DNA from: Alphaproteobacteria bacterium
Lineage (GTDB): Bacteria; Pseudomonadota; Alphaproteobacteria; Rs-D84
Length of the DNA: 64,000 nt
Assembly (NCBI GenBank): GCA_029059055.1
Contig: JAIDWS010000022.1
Coordinates: 3,433-67,432 of the forward strand
Direction: 5' to 3'
The translations under genes and the position numbers were made by a program. Positions 17,723-27,045 of the stretch are shown here, in pieces. Numbering within the stretch: position 1 is the stretch's first letter; every line of letters begins with the position of its first letter. The notes beneath the pieces were generated by a model. That model had not been told where the DNA came from, made no database searches, and saw nothing but the letters and a program-made list of their open reading frames with translations.

Positions 17723-18658
17723 TTATTCCGCCGCGCGACGCTGTAAATAATCATGCAACCCCAATTGCAGATAAATAATGCGACGCGTCCAACGGGGCCA
17801 CCGGTAAAAGTGGGCCAGCGCACCGGCAATATTTTTCTTGGTGGAACGGTCACTGCGCGGGCAAAAACGGCCGTCGAAATACCAGCGTTTTTCCCACATG
17901 AATTCAATTGCGCGTAAATCTGCGATACGGTGCCGGTCCGGCCGACGACCGGACAACCGTTCATATTCCCGCAGAAATTCGCGATACAGCGGCCGATTGC
18001 GCGACAATGACATCAACACCAAATCACGCCAGCGTTCAAATATACCGCAATTACAAAAATCAAACACCCCGCACAAATTGCCGTGCGCATCCACAACGGA
18101 ATTGATGCCTTTTAACCCCAAATGGACCAACGCCATATCCCCATCCGGGATATTGGCCACAATGCGGTTATAATGACGTTCAAAACAGTGCATTTGGCGA
18201 CGGGACATAAATCTGGCGAAAAAATCCGCCACCCGTTCAAACGGGATATATGGTGACCCAGTACGCAATTCCGGCACGGCATGACACAATTTCGCGACGT
18301 CCACCCCGTGCAATTGGACCAAGAACCGTGCGCAACTGCGCGCCAAATTCCGCTGGCGACGGGGATGGAACATAAACGTGTGCCATGACCACGCATTACC
18401 CATAATCATCGGATGAATTGCACAATACGAATGACCGGCCGTAAATGTTTCAATCCGGGGGATATCGACCGATATGAATGGCCGAATATAATTACACACG
18501 GCCGATTCGCGCGTATACAGCGTCGGATTACGCCGTGTACACCGCACAATATTGTCGCCGACGCGCCACGCAACAGAATCGCTGCCACTGCCCACGATTC
18601 GGGGCGTATACCCGGGAAATTTGCGTTCAAAAAACGCTGCTAAATCTTCATTTTTCAT
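17723..18658 (-). CDS. aminoglycoside-phosphotransferase-like (kinase-fold) protein, catalytic motif degenerate
   Basis: The C-terminal half aligns by eye to the APH pattern HxDxxxxN...IDF (LVHLGLKGINSVVDAHGNLCGVFDFCNCG). The catalytic Asp position is Gly. ATG at 18658 overlaps the tolC stop by 11 nt. Confidence 0.45.
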   Translation of the reverse strand: MKNEDLAAFFERKFPGYTPRIVGSGSDSVAWRVGDNIVRCTRRNPTLYTRESAVCNYIRPFISVDIPRIETFTAGHSYCAIHPMIMGNAWSWHTFMFHPRRQRNLARSCARFLVQLHGVDVAKLCHAVPELRTGSPYIPFERVADFFARFMSRRQMHCFERHYNRIVANIPDGDMALVHLGLKGINSVVDAHGNLCGVFDFCNCGIFERWRDLVLMSLSRNRPLYREFLREYERLSGRRPDRHRIADLRAIEFMWEKRWYFDGRFCPRSDRSTKKNIAGALAHFYRWPRWTRRIIYLQLGLHDYLQRRAAE

Positions 18659-19937
18659 TTTCCCTGTTCCCAACCATAATACCCAGGTTATCTGGATTTA
18701 ATTTACCGACCGCGGACAAGACCGCAAAGAATGCCGCAATCTGATTGTGCTGGGCCCGGGCCAAAGACACCCGGGAATTCAGCAATTCTTGTTGTGCATT
18801 TAACACGTCCAAGACGGTACGCCGGCCACGCTGTTGTTCTTCGCGGATACCGTCCAACGCCATTTGATTTGCATCAATACTGGCGCGGGCGGCGGATATG
18901 GCAACGCCCTGGGCATCATATGTGTTCCAGGCCTGGTACAGGTTTTCAACCACCACGCGGCGCGCATTGATAATCTGGTCTTGGATACCGGCGACGGTAT
19001 GGCGAACCTTGTCGGCACTGGCGAACGCGGTCCCGCGGTCATACAGGGGCAATTTCAGATAAACGCCAACCCGACTGTCACGCACGCGGTCCACAATCGG
19101 CAAATCTTCGAATTGCAAGACAGATGCCCGCACATCAACCGATGGCAAAATGGATTTATACGCCGATGTAACGTTTTCCTTGGCCGCGGTTTCCTGGGCG
19201 TTCAGGGCAACGATACTGGGGTGATTTTTTATGGCATATTCTTCGGCACTGGCGGCGGATTCCGGGAACAAGTGTCGCATTTTATCCAAATCGATATCAT
19301 CATACGAATCCATCAATGTTCCGTATATCCGGCGGAATGTTTCCAGACTGTTATCATATTGGGCGGTTGCTTCGGCCAATTGGTATTTGGCCCCGGCCAA
19401 ACGGGCAGACGCCTGGGCGACATCGGTCTTGGTCAATGTCCCGACACTTTCGCGCGCCACGCACAGGTCGTAATATTCCTGTAATACGCGTTGATTGTTT
19501 TTATTTAATTTCAATACTTCGGCCGCGTTCAGCACATTGATATACGCATTAATCGCAGATAAAAACACATCCTGTTGGGTGGCGTACAGAACCGCTTCTT
19601 GGGCGGCCAACATGCTTTTTGCGGCCTTTATCTGTGCCATGATGGAAAATCCCTGGAATATATTTTGTTGGGCTTCGATTCCGATTTGCGTCGGTTCATA
19701 ATCAAACGTTTCCGACCCGATTTTGGTACGTGAAAAACCCGTGCCGGCCGACGCCCCGACATAGGGCCGCGATTGGGTCCGGGCCAGGCTTAAATCCGAA
19801 CGCGCCGCATCCACCGCCGCACGTTGCCGGGATATAACGGGGCTGGTGTCATAAACAGTCTGTAACGCAGAATACATGTCTGCATGTGCCGCAGAACACA
19901 TCAACATCATCCCCAGAAAAATCAAATTGCGTTTCAT
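18648..19937 (-). CDS. tolC: TolC-family outer membrane efflux protein
   Basis: 429 aa with signal peptide MKRNLIFLGMMLMCSAAHA and two tandem TolC-type repeats (LQTVYDTSPVISRQRAAVDAA...; ...NHPSIVALNAQETAAKENV). It is the last gene of the efflux operon. Confidence 0.85.
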   Translation of the reverse strand: MKRNLIFLGMMLMCSAAHADMYSALQTVYDTSPVISRQRAAVDAARSDLSLARTQSRPYVGASAGTGFSRTKIGSETFDYEPTQIGIEAQQNIFQGFSIMAQIKAAKSMLAAQEAVLYATQQDVFLSAINAYINVLNAAEVLKLNKNNQRVLQEYYDLCVARESVGTLTKTDVAQASARLAGAKYQLAEATAQYDNSLETFRRIYGTLMDSYDDIDLDKMRHLFPESAASAEEYAIKNHPSIVALNAQETAAKENVTSAYKSILPSVDVRASVLQFEDLPIVDRVRDSRVGVYLKLPLYDRGTAFASADKVRHTVAGIQDQIINARRVVVENLYQAWNTYDAQGVAISAARASIDANQMALDGIREEQQRGRRTVLDVLNAQQELLNSRVSLARAQHNQIAAFFAVLSAVGKLNPDNLGIMVGNRENEK

Positions 19938-19957
19938 GGATAAATCCCCCCTTGCTT

Positions 19958-21055
19958 TTATAACGTTGTTTTAAACCGGCGCACCGCAAAGACCCATATC
20001 ACCGCCCCCGCCGCCAACTGCGCCGCCGCATGACGGGCGAAATATGCCCAATCGGGTCCTTTTAAAATAATATTGCGCACCAAATACGAATAATGACTTA
20101 ACGGGTTGACATGACTGATGACCTGTAACGCGCGCGGCATATTTTCGGTCGGAATAATCGCCCCCGACAGCATCAGGGCCAAAAACGCCACAATGACAAT
20201 GCCCAACATCGCCTGTTGCTGGGTCTTGGTGAATGTAGACAGCCATACCGCAATGGCGCATCCCGGCACACAAAACACCAAAAATGCCAATCCCAACATC
20301 AACCCAGAACCCACAAACGGCACATGAAACATCCACACCCCAATCAGCATCAATGCAATCATGATAACCAGCGACAATACAACATATGGGATGACTTTGC
20401 CCAAAATGATGTCATATTTTGAAATGGGGGCCGATATCAAAGTTTCCATTGTTCCCATTTCTTTTTCTTTGGTGATGGCGATGGTTATCATCATCATCAA
20501 TGATATAAAGATTAAAATCGCGACCAATGACGGCACCATAAAGAATTTCGTATTTAATTCCGGATTAAACAAAACACGCACGTCAAACCGGATGGGGGTG
20601 GTCGGCGCGGCATGTGTCATATCGCCCAGGGTGCGCATCATAATCCCCTGTAAATATGCTTCGATATTCTGGGCCTTTAAGATATTGATGGAATCAATCA
20701 ACACCTGGACTTCGCCGGAACCGCGACCCAATGCACGGGTCAATCCCCCGTCCGGCGCAACCAGCGCGACATCCGCCCGCCCCGATTGAACCGCATCCAT
20801 GGGCGTCATATGATCGGGAACGACGGCCGGCACAAACCAGCCCGACCCCAACGCCCGGTCATAAATCCGTTCCATAACCGTGTCACCGGGCGCATTTGAC
20901 ACCACCAATCGCAGATTATTCGCCTGCATCGTGATGGCGGCCGCCAATATAATCATTTCAACCAACGGCATTATCATAATCGCGACAAACAACACCGGGT
21001 CACGCACCAGGCCGAAAACTTCTTTTTTAAAAAATCCGCGCAGTGTCTGCATCAT
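19958..21055 (-). CDS. ABC-2 type transporter permease (YbhR-like)
   Basis: Six TM segments and a large periplasmic loop after TM1, the ABC-2 pattern. An ATGA overlap links it to the upstream permease gene. Confidence 0.85.
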   Translation of the reverse strand: MMQTLRGFFKKEVFGLVRDPVLFVAIMIMPLVEMIILAAAITMQANNLRLVVSNAPGDTVMERIYDRALGSGWFVPAVVPDHMTPMDAVQSGRADVALVAPDGGLTRALGRGSGEVQVLIDSINILKAQNIEAYLQGIMMRTLGDMTHAAPTTPIRFDVRVLFNPELNTKFFMVPSLVAILIFISLMMMITIAITKEKEMGTMETLISAPISKYDIILGKVIPYVVLSLVIMIALMLIGVWMFHVPFVGSGLMLGLAFLVFCVPGCAIAVWLSTFTKTQQQAMLGIVIVAFLALMLSGAIIPTENMPRALQVISHVNPLSHYSYLVRNIILKGPDWAYFARHAAAQLAAGAVIWVFAVRRFKTTL

Positions 21056-22176
21056 TCCAACGTCCTTTTGAATCGCAACAGGCACGCCGTCAACAACACC
21101 GCCGCAATGCCCGCCAATGCGGCAAACGACGACCACAGATATGCAATGGAACTGCCCTTTAAAAACTGGTCACGGGTGATATCAATGTAAAACCGCGCCG
21201 GAAACACCGCAGAAATATACTGATACGCGCGGCCCATGTATTCGACCGGAAATACAAATCCCGATAAAATGACTGTCGGCAGCAATCCAATGACACATGC
21301 GTATTGAATGGCGACCTGTTGATTATGTGTGGAAATGGAAATATACAATCCCATTGCCAAATATCCCAAAATAAACAACAGCGTCCCCAGTACCAGTGTC
21401 AAATAATTGCCCACGAATGGTACGCCAAACACCACGCGCGCCACGATAAAGACCAATACAAAGCCCAAAAAGCTTAAAATCGCGTACGGCAACGTTTTCC
21501 CCAGGATGATTTCCAGCGATGTCGCCGGGGTCGACAATAACATTTCCATGGAACCCTGTTCCCATTCACGGCAAATGGTTAATGTCGTCAACATAATGGC
21601 GACCAATGCAATAATCACCGCCGATAATCCCGGCACAGAAAACCACCGGGAATTCAATTCCGGATTAAACAGATACCGCACACGCATCGCCGGATTTTGC
21701 CGCGACATCGATTGGGGGATGTCATGAATTTTGAAATACGCGCTGCGATTAATAATGGTCAAATAATTCATAATGGCCATAATCGCCGAATTGTCCGCCC
21801 CATCGACCAAGACCTGGACCGGGGCGACACCGCCACCCAAAACATTTTTTTCGAAATCCGGCGGCACCACAATGGCCGCACGGGCCCGGTCTGTGACAAT
21901 ATCGCCATGAATATCACCGGGGTTGTCCAACGGATACGTCTTGAAATAATCAGAACTGCCGAACGTGTCAATCAAGCGCCGCGAACTTTCCGTGCGGTCA
22001 TTATCGACCCAGGCCAAATGAATGGATTTAATATTAAATTCAATCGAATTGCCCAGAATCAAGACAATCGTCAACGGCAACAACAACGCCATAATTAACG
22101 TGAATGGGTCACGCATAATATGCTTAAATTCTTTGGAAAAAATGGCCAACGCCCGGCGCCAAGAAAATCGCTTCAT
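21052..22176 (-). CDS. ABC-2 type transporter permease (YbhS-like)
   Basis: 374 aa, paralogous to the following permease (FKHIMRDPFTLIMALLLP..., ...EQGSMEMLLSTPATSLEIILGK). Confidence 0.85.
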   Translation of the reverse strand: MKRFSWRRALAIFSKEFKHIMRDPFTLIMALLLPLTIVLILGNSIEFNIKSIHLAWVDNDRTESSRRLIDTFGSSDYFKTYPLDNPGDIHGDIVTDRARAAIVVPPDFEKNVLGGGVAPVQVLVDGADNSAIMAIMNYLTIINRSAYFKIHDIPQSMSRQNPAMRVRYLFNPELNSRWFSVPGLSAVIIALVAIMLTTLTICREWEQGSMEMLLSTPATSLEIILGKTLPYAILSFLGFVLVFIVARVVFGVPFVGNYLTLVLGTLLFILGYLAMGLYISISTHNQQVAIQYACVIGLLPTVILSGFVFPVEYMGRAYQYISAVFPARFYIDITRDQFLKGSSIAYLWSSFAALAGIAAVLLTACLLRFKRTLE

Positions 22177-23090
22177 CTGTTATCCCCTTCGACCAGGCGA
22201 ATAAACACATCTTCCAGGGACGGCGGAATGGATTTAATATCAAAATCCCGCGCATATCGGCGGATTTGCGCGGCCGCATCCACCCCGTCACGAAACCGGA
22301 TATGATAATGGCGTCCATATGGTTCAAACATATCCAGCGTATCCGGGTCCGGCATACGCGGATTTTTGATACGCGGCGTAAAGTTATATAACGTATCGCC
22401 AAACGTTTGACGCTTTAAATTTTCGGGCGTATCAATGGCGATTAATTCGCCCGACCGCATCAGTGCAATACGGTTACAGTTTTCCGCTTCGTCCATGTAA
22501 TGTGTGGTGACAAACACCGTTTTTCCGGCGGCGGCCAATTCGCGGATTAACCGCCAGAATTGCTGGCGCGCGACGGGCGCGACCCCTGCGGTCGGTTCGT
22601 CCAGAAAAATAATCTTTGGATCATGCAGCAATGACACGCACAGCGCGACTTCTTGCTTAATTCCGCCCGGCAGATTTTTAACCACCGTCCCCAAATCATG
22701 CTTGAACCCGATAAAGTCCAACAAACGCGCACGCCGTGCCGCATAATCGGCCGCCGACAATCCCCGCAATGCCGCCGCAAAATCAAAGTTTTCCCGCACC
22801 GACAATCCGTCATACAACGTGAATCGCTGGGACATATATCCGACCTTTTGCTTAATCAGATTTTCTTTGCCCGGCGTAAATTCCGCCCCATCGATAATAA
22901 CGCGACCGGCACTGGCCGGCAACAGACCGCACAAAACGCGAATCGTTGTTGTTTTGCCCGCGCCATTTGCCCCCAAAAATCCAAATATTTCCCCCGGCGT
23001 CACACGAAAAGACACGTCACGCACGGCAAAGAATTTTCCAAACTGGACCGACAAATGCTGAACATCAACAATGGGGGCCGTTTTACGCAT
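22173..23090 (-). CDS. ABC transporter ATP-binding protein
   Basis: Walker A GANGAGKTTT, signature LPGGIKQ, Walker B IIFLDEPTAG. ATG at 23090 overlaps the upstream stop. Confidence 0.9.
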   Translation of the reverse strand: MRKTAPIVDVQHLSVQFGKFFAVRDVSFRVTPGEIFGFLGANGAGKTTTIRVLCGLLPASAGRVIIDGAEFTPGKENLIKQKVGYMSQRFTLYDGLSVRENFDFAAALRGLSAADYAARRARLLDFIGFKHDLGTVVKNLPGGIKQEVALCVSLLHDPKIIFLDEPTAGVAPVARQQFWRLIRELAAAGKTVFVTTHYMDEAENCNRIALMRSGELIAIDTPENLKRQTFGDTLYNFTPRIKNPRMPDPDTLDMFEPYGRHYHIRFRDGVDAAAQIRRYARDFDIKSIPPSLEDVFIRLVEGDNR

Positions 23091-23817
23091 GCTGAACACC
23101 CCCACGCTTTAAAAAGAATTCATCAAAATTGGCACACCGATTTTTCTTTAACAAATCACGCGGTTCCCCCACCCCCAAAACATTGCCGTTTTCCATCAAA
23201 ACCACCTGGCTGCATCGTTCGGCTTCGTCCATGTATGCGGTCGACATGATAACCAAAATTCCCTGTTGCAATGCCGCATGCAATAAATTCCAGAATTCAC
23301 GACGACTGATGGGGTCCACACCGTTGGTCGGTTCATCCAACAACATAACCTTGGGCGAACGCAATAACGCGCACATTAAACCCAATTTTTTATACATCCC
23401 GCCGGACAAATTTCCCGCCGGCATATCCAGAAATTTATCCAATCGCGCCAAATTGACCAATTCCGCCTTTTTCCGGCGATATTCATCCGGGGCAATGCTG
23501 TATAATTTTTGAAAGAAATCCAAATGTTCTTCCACCGACAAATCGGCATATAAACTCTGGCTTTGTGGCATATAGGCAATATGTTGGCGAAAATCGTCAA
23601 AATCAACCGCACGGCCATCATTAAAATACGTCACATCGCCGCCGTCGGTCCCCAGCAATCGCAACATCAACCGAAACAGCGTCGTCTTACCCGCCCCGGC
23701 CGGTCCAATCACCCCGTACAGATTGCCGCTGTGGAAATTCATCGACACGCCGTTCAAAGCCGGCGTGTTCTTGAACCCCTTGGACACATTGGAAATACGA
23801 ATTTCTATATCATTCAT
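23083..23817 (-). CDS. ABC transporter ATP-binding protein
   Basis: Walker A GPAGAGKTTLF, signature LSGGMYKK, Walker B VMLLDEPTNG. Confidence 0.9.
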   Translation of the reverse strand: MNDIEIRISNVSKGFKNTPALNGVSMNFHSGNLYGVIGPAGAGKTTLFRLMLRLLGTDGGDVTYFNDGRAVDFDDFRQHIAYMPQSQSLYADLSVEEHLDFFQKLYSIAPDEYRRKKAELVNLARLDKFLDMPAGNLSGGMYKKLGLMCALLRSPKVMLLDEPTNGVDPISRREFWNLLHAALQQGILVIMSTAYMDEAERCSQVVLMENGNVLGVGEPRDLLKKNRCANFDEFFLKRGGVQHA

Positions 23818-24568
23818 CGATTAAATTACTTTCGATTGTCATCCCGGATTTCAGGGTTAAATTGGGGTTATCAAACTTTACCTTAATCCCATATACCAGA
23901 CGGGTTCTTTCTTCGCGGGTTTGGACGTTTTTGGGGGTAAATTCGGCCTCTTCGCTGATTTTAATAATGCGACCGGGAAATGTTTGATCGGGCGCTTCGG
24001 GTAACAGGCCTGTGACAGATTGCCCCACGCGCAATTTATGCAACATGTCATACGGGACATAAAAATAAGCCCAAATATCATACGGATTGGCCAGCGATAT
24101 CAACGCCGTACCGGGCGCGACGACTTCGCCAACTTCGCGGAACTTGGTCATAACCATGCCGTCAATGGGCGATTTAATCTGGCACCAATCCAGTTTCAAA
24201 TCATTATCTTGCTTATTACGTGTCATGACATCAAATTCTGCCTGGGACAGATGACCTTTGGCCTGTAATGCGGCGGCGCGTTCATAATCACCGTCAATTT
24301 GATGGGCCAATACCTTGTATGTATCACAGCTTAATTCCATTAAAACCTGGCCGGATTGTACGGTATCACCTTCGATAACATATTGGTTGGAAATATCAGA
24401 TGCCACACGGGCCGACAAAATCACCTTGGTCGTTTCCAGCGTCCCGGCAAACACAAACGGACGTGCCGCAATCATACGATGAATAACAAATCCCCCGACA
24501 ACAACCAGCGCAGCCGCCACCGCGACGATGATAATAACCTTTTTCTTTTTCGGCGTTATGGGCTTCAT
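23810..24568 (-). CDS. HlyD-family membrane fusion protein (YbhG-like, short)
   Basis: An N-terminal TM anchor, a lipoyl-like motif (VIEGDTVQSGQVLMEL ... IKSPIDGMVM) and a beta-barrel domain. It is the first gene of the operon. Confidence 0.85.
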   Translation of the reverse strand: MKPITPKKKKVIIIVAVAAALVVVGGFVIHRMIAARPFVFAGTLETTKVILSARVASDISNQYVIEGDTVQSGQVLMELSCDTYKVLAHQIDGDYERAAALQAKGHLSQAEFDVMTRNKQDNDLKLDWCQIKSPIDGMVMTKFREVGEVVAPGTALISLANPYDIWAYFYVPYDMLHKLRVGQSVTGLLPEAPDQTFPGRIIKISEEAEFTPKNVQTREERTRLVYGIKVKFDNPNLTLKSGMTIESNLIDE

Positions 24569-24584
24569 ATTTTTCTCTCCTGTT

Positions 24585-24602
24585 TTATCCCGAACGGGAT
24601 AA
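24585..24602. promoter_or_regulatory. perfect 18-bp palindrome in the efflux operon 5' region
   Basis: ttatcccgaacgggataa (8-bp arms, 2-nt centre), starting 17 nt upstream of the HlyD start codon. Confidence 0.4.
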
Positions 24603-24620
24603 CATTCACATACATAATGA

Positions 24621-24896
24621 TTATGGATTATAATTATTACATAATTTTTCCCTAACCCAAATAAAAAAAGCAGCCTCAGGAATATTTTTTACTTGCCCCT
24701 CAAAAATAAAATCGACCCGGATTGAAGTATAAACGCGCGCCAGCCCGTCAAATATTGCAGACAGCATGCGGTCTGTTTCTTTGTCGATGGCATTACGATA
24801 AAACACATCGGCGGATTTATTGCGTATAATCGACGGCATCACGCGATACCCGCCCGCGGCACGTGCACGGGCGTTTTGACGCTGGGTTTCGGTCAT
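24621..24896 (-). CDS. hypothetical protein (91 aa), in frame with the upstream ORF
   Basis: ATG at 24896. It is separated from the 24900..25757 ORF only by TAA plus one codon in the same reading frame. No recognisable motif. Confidence 0.4.
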   Translation of the reverse strand: MTETQRQNARARAAGGYRVMPSIIRNKSADVFYRNAIDKETDRMLSAIFDGLARVYTSIRVDFIFEGQVKNIPEAAFFIWVREKLCNNYNP

Positions 24897-24899
24897 GAA

Positions 24900-25757
24900 T
24901 TATTCCCCACCAAAGAAAAGATTGACAACCAGGTCGGATTCTGTTATGCTGTTATCAACTCCCTTAGCCAGTCCGGATTTGTTTAGCCGGTCGCTGTTCG
25001 CTAAGGGTTTTATAATTACATGGTCATAATACAGACGACCGTTTGAATCAGACCGCACTGTCAGTCTTACATTTTCTGGCTTATCATCAATTTGAACAGG
25101 GCACTTGATTGTATAAAAAGCGTTAACATTTTGCCTATCGCGTTTATCGTCTTGCTTTTCGATGATGGTTCCGCGTTTTATAATATCCGGCAAATATGGA
25201 AACAGTTTCAGCTTGCGCGCGTCGGCACTGAATGAAATCGGCTTCTTATATCCACCCATCGAAAACTGGACATCGCCCAGTTCCGGATGTCTTACCGTGG
25301 TGCCGGCCAGATTCTTTTTATAGTAATCCACCGCAGCGCTGCGCAATTCACCGGGCGTCATATTAAATCCACCCAGTTCGTTGCCGCGCACGGCGATGGC
25401 GCCGGTGTCCTTGGCGCCAAATTTACCGTCCGGTGCACGTGGGTGGTCGGATTCTTTCCAATCGGCGTTGGACATTCCGAATACATCGGGCAGTCCGCCC
25501 CCATTCGGGTCGTCGTCCGGATAATCATCCAGGCCCGACGCCATATCATCCAGCGTGATTTGGTCCAAATGGAAATCTTTGAACGATTTTAACCATTCAA
25601 AGACATCCGCCTGTTTCGCCCCCAATTCAATCAATGAACGCGCCACGTCGGCATACGACCGAATGTTTTCCGCGCGTTCTTTTTCGCTGGATTCTTCCAG
25701 CGGATTAAACACGTAATCGGGGAATTTGACATATCGGCCCGTAATGGTCCCCGCCAC
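24900..25757 (-). CDS. mobile-element-type 'polyvalent protein'-like ORF (HPRxxxGKF linker plus C-terminal nuclease-like module)
   Basis: 285 aa with a GTG start at 25757, 7 nt from the terminal CRISPR repeat. It has an acidic linker, then the WKESDHPRAPDGKFGAKD motif typical of phage/conjugative-element polyvalent proteins. The tail (VQFSMGGYKKPISF...NVNAFYTIKCPVQIDDKPENVRLTVRSDSNGRLYYDHVI) resembles BECR-fold toxin modules from memory only. Confidence 0.45.
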   Translation of the reverse strand: MAGTITGRYVKFPDYVFNPLEESSEKERAENIRSYADVARSLIELGAKQADVFEWLKSFKDFHLDQITLDDMASGLDDYPDDDPNGGGLPDVFGMSNADWKESDHPRAPDGKFGAKDTGAIAVRGNELGGFNMTPGELRSAAVDYYKKNLAGTTVRHPELGDVQFSMGGYKKPISFSADARKLKLFPYLPDIIKRGTIIEKQDDKRDRQNVNAFYTIKCPVQIDDKPENVRLTVRSDSNGRLYYDHVIIKPLANSDRLNKSGLAKGVDNSITESDLVVNLFFGGE

Positions 25758-25764
25758 GATGCCA

Positions 25765-26658
25765 GTTGCAGATTGCTTTCCTAATCAATTTTGATACAAT
25801 TCGGAGGAACCGAATGCGGCAACAATTGGAGTTGTAGATTGCTTTCCTAATCAGTTTTGATACAATGCAATATTGAATATAAGGGCACACTGTGGCGTTG
25901 TAGATTGCTTTCCTAATCAGTTTTGATACAATAAGTGAATGAAAAATTTACCTGTGGATTTAGTTGTAGATTGCTTTCCTAATCAGTTTTGATACAATAT
26001 AAAATTCAAACAGCACTTGCTGAATGGGGTTGTAGATTGCTTTCCTAATCAGTTTTGATACAATGCAACCTAGCAGAATACTGGGGTGTAACCAGTTGTA
26101 GATTGCTTTCCTAATCAGTTTTGATACAATTCGTCTTTGCATTTCTCTTGTGCTTCCAAGGTTGTAGATTGCTTTCCTAATCAGTTTTGATACAATGAAA
26201 AAACGTTTCTCTCTTCTCTTTTTTGTGTTGTAGATTGCTTTCCTAATCAGTTTTGATACAATTTATCCGCTGTTTCATCCCCCATCTGCGCAGTTGTAGA
26301 TTGCTTTCCTAATCAGTTTTGATACAATTCAATGAACTTTTGCTGAAAAGCGTACGCAGTTGTAGATTGCTTTCCTAATCAGTTTTGATACAATTTTTGA
26401 AAATAAATTTTATCAGGTATGGGTGTTGTAGATTGCTTTCCTAATCAGTTTTGATACAATTATGAGCATCATCAAATTGATTCGCGAGCAGTTGTAGATT
26501 GCTTTCCTAATCAGTTTTGATACAATTCAAAAACTGAATTTTTTTCAGTAATTGGAGTTGTAGATTGCTTTCCTAATCAGTTTTGATACAATTTGGTACA
26601 AACATATCAAACAACCAAAAATGTTGTAGATTGCTTTCCTAATCAGTTTTGATACAAT
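25765..26658 (+). CRISPR. CRISPR array, 14 repeats x 36 nt and 13 spacers x 30 nt (type II-C)
   Basis: The repeat GTTGTAGATTGCTTTCCTAATCAGTTTTGATACAAT starts at 25765 and every 66 nt up to 26623; I checked every unit. The first unit (25765) is degenerate (GTTGCAG...TCAATTTT). Orientation is set by complementarity to the tracrRNA anti-repeat. Confidence 0.97.
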
Positions 26659-26664
26659 ACCCAT

Positions 26665-26696
26665 AAAATAACCCGCTGAATACAGCGGGTTATTTT
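26665..26696. terminator. bidirectional terminator between the array and cas2
   Basis: aaaataacccgctgaatacagcgggttatttt. Confidence 0.7.
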
Positions 26697-26715
26697 GCAA
26701 TCTCTTAAAGAAAAA

Positions 26716-27045
26716 CTAGAACATAACAAGTTGTTTTGCCCCTATCTTTTCTTGTTTTTTCGATTCGCCAACCAGTATTTCCATATCGGCAAATTGTTTT
26801 TCTGTAACTGTCATCAGTCTAACACTGCCGCGGGGCGGAATCAAGCATTTTAGGCGGCCAGCATGCTTTTCAACCTGTGCCATTCCCTTGCAAATCCGCG
26901 AATAAACAGACAGTTGCATCATATAGTATCCGTCCTTTAACAAAGCATTCCGAAATTTAGATGCCTGTTTTCTATCTTGTTTTGTTAGTGTTGGTAAATC
27001 AAAAAATACTATCATTCTCATAAATCGTTCCCCATATTGCGCCAT
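26716..27045 (-). CDS. cas2: CRISPR-associated endoribonuclease Cas2
   Basis: 109 aa: MRMIVFFDLPTLTKQDRKQASKFRNALLKDGYYMMQLSVYSRI. Its ATG overlaps the cas1 stop (TAATG). Confidence 0.9.
   Translation of the reverse strand: MAQYGERFMRMIVFFDLPTLTKQDRKQASKFRNALLKDGYYMMQLSVYSRICKGMAQVEKHAGRLKCLIPPRGSVRLMTVTEKQFADMEILVGESKKQEKIGAKQLVMF

Noticed and set aside
25867-25896. Spacer 2 (gcaatattgaatataagggcacactgtggc) partly resembles the conserved leader loop region (gaatatattgaataagcacac), suggesting possible self-targeting
   Set aside because: Only about 9 contiguous nt plus scattered matches align, far below a functional protospacer. It is most likely chance similarity of AT-rich sequence.
25705-26142. 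Track ORFs of 60-61 aa with the recurring peptide IVSKLIRKAIYN
   Set aside because: They are translations of the CRISPR repeats on the minus strand, not genes.
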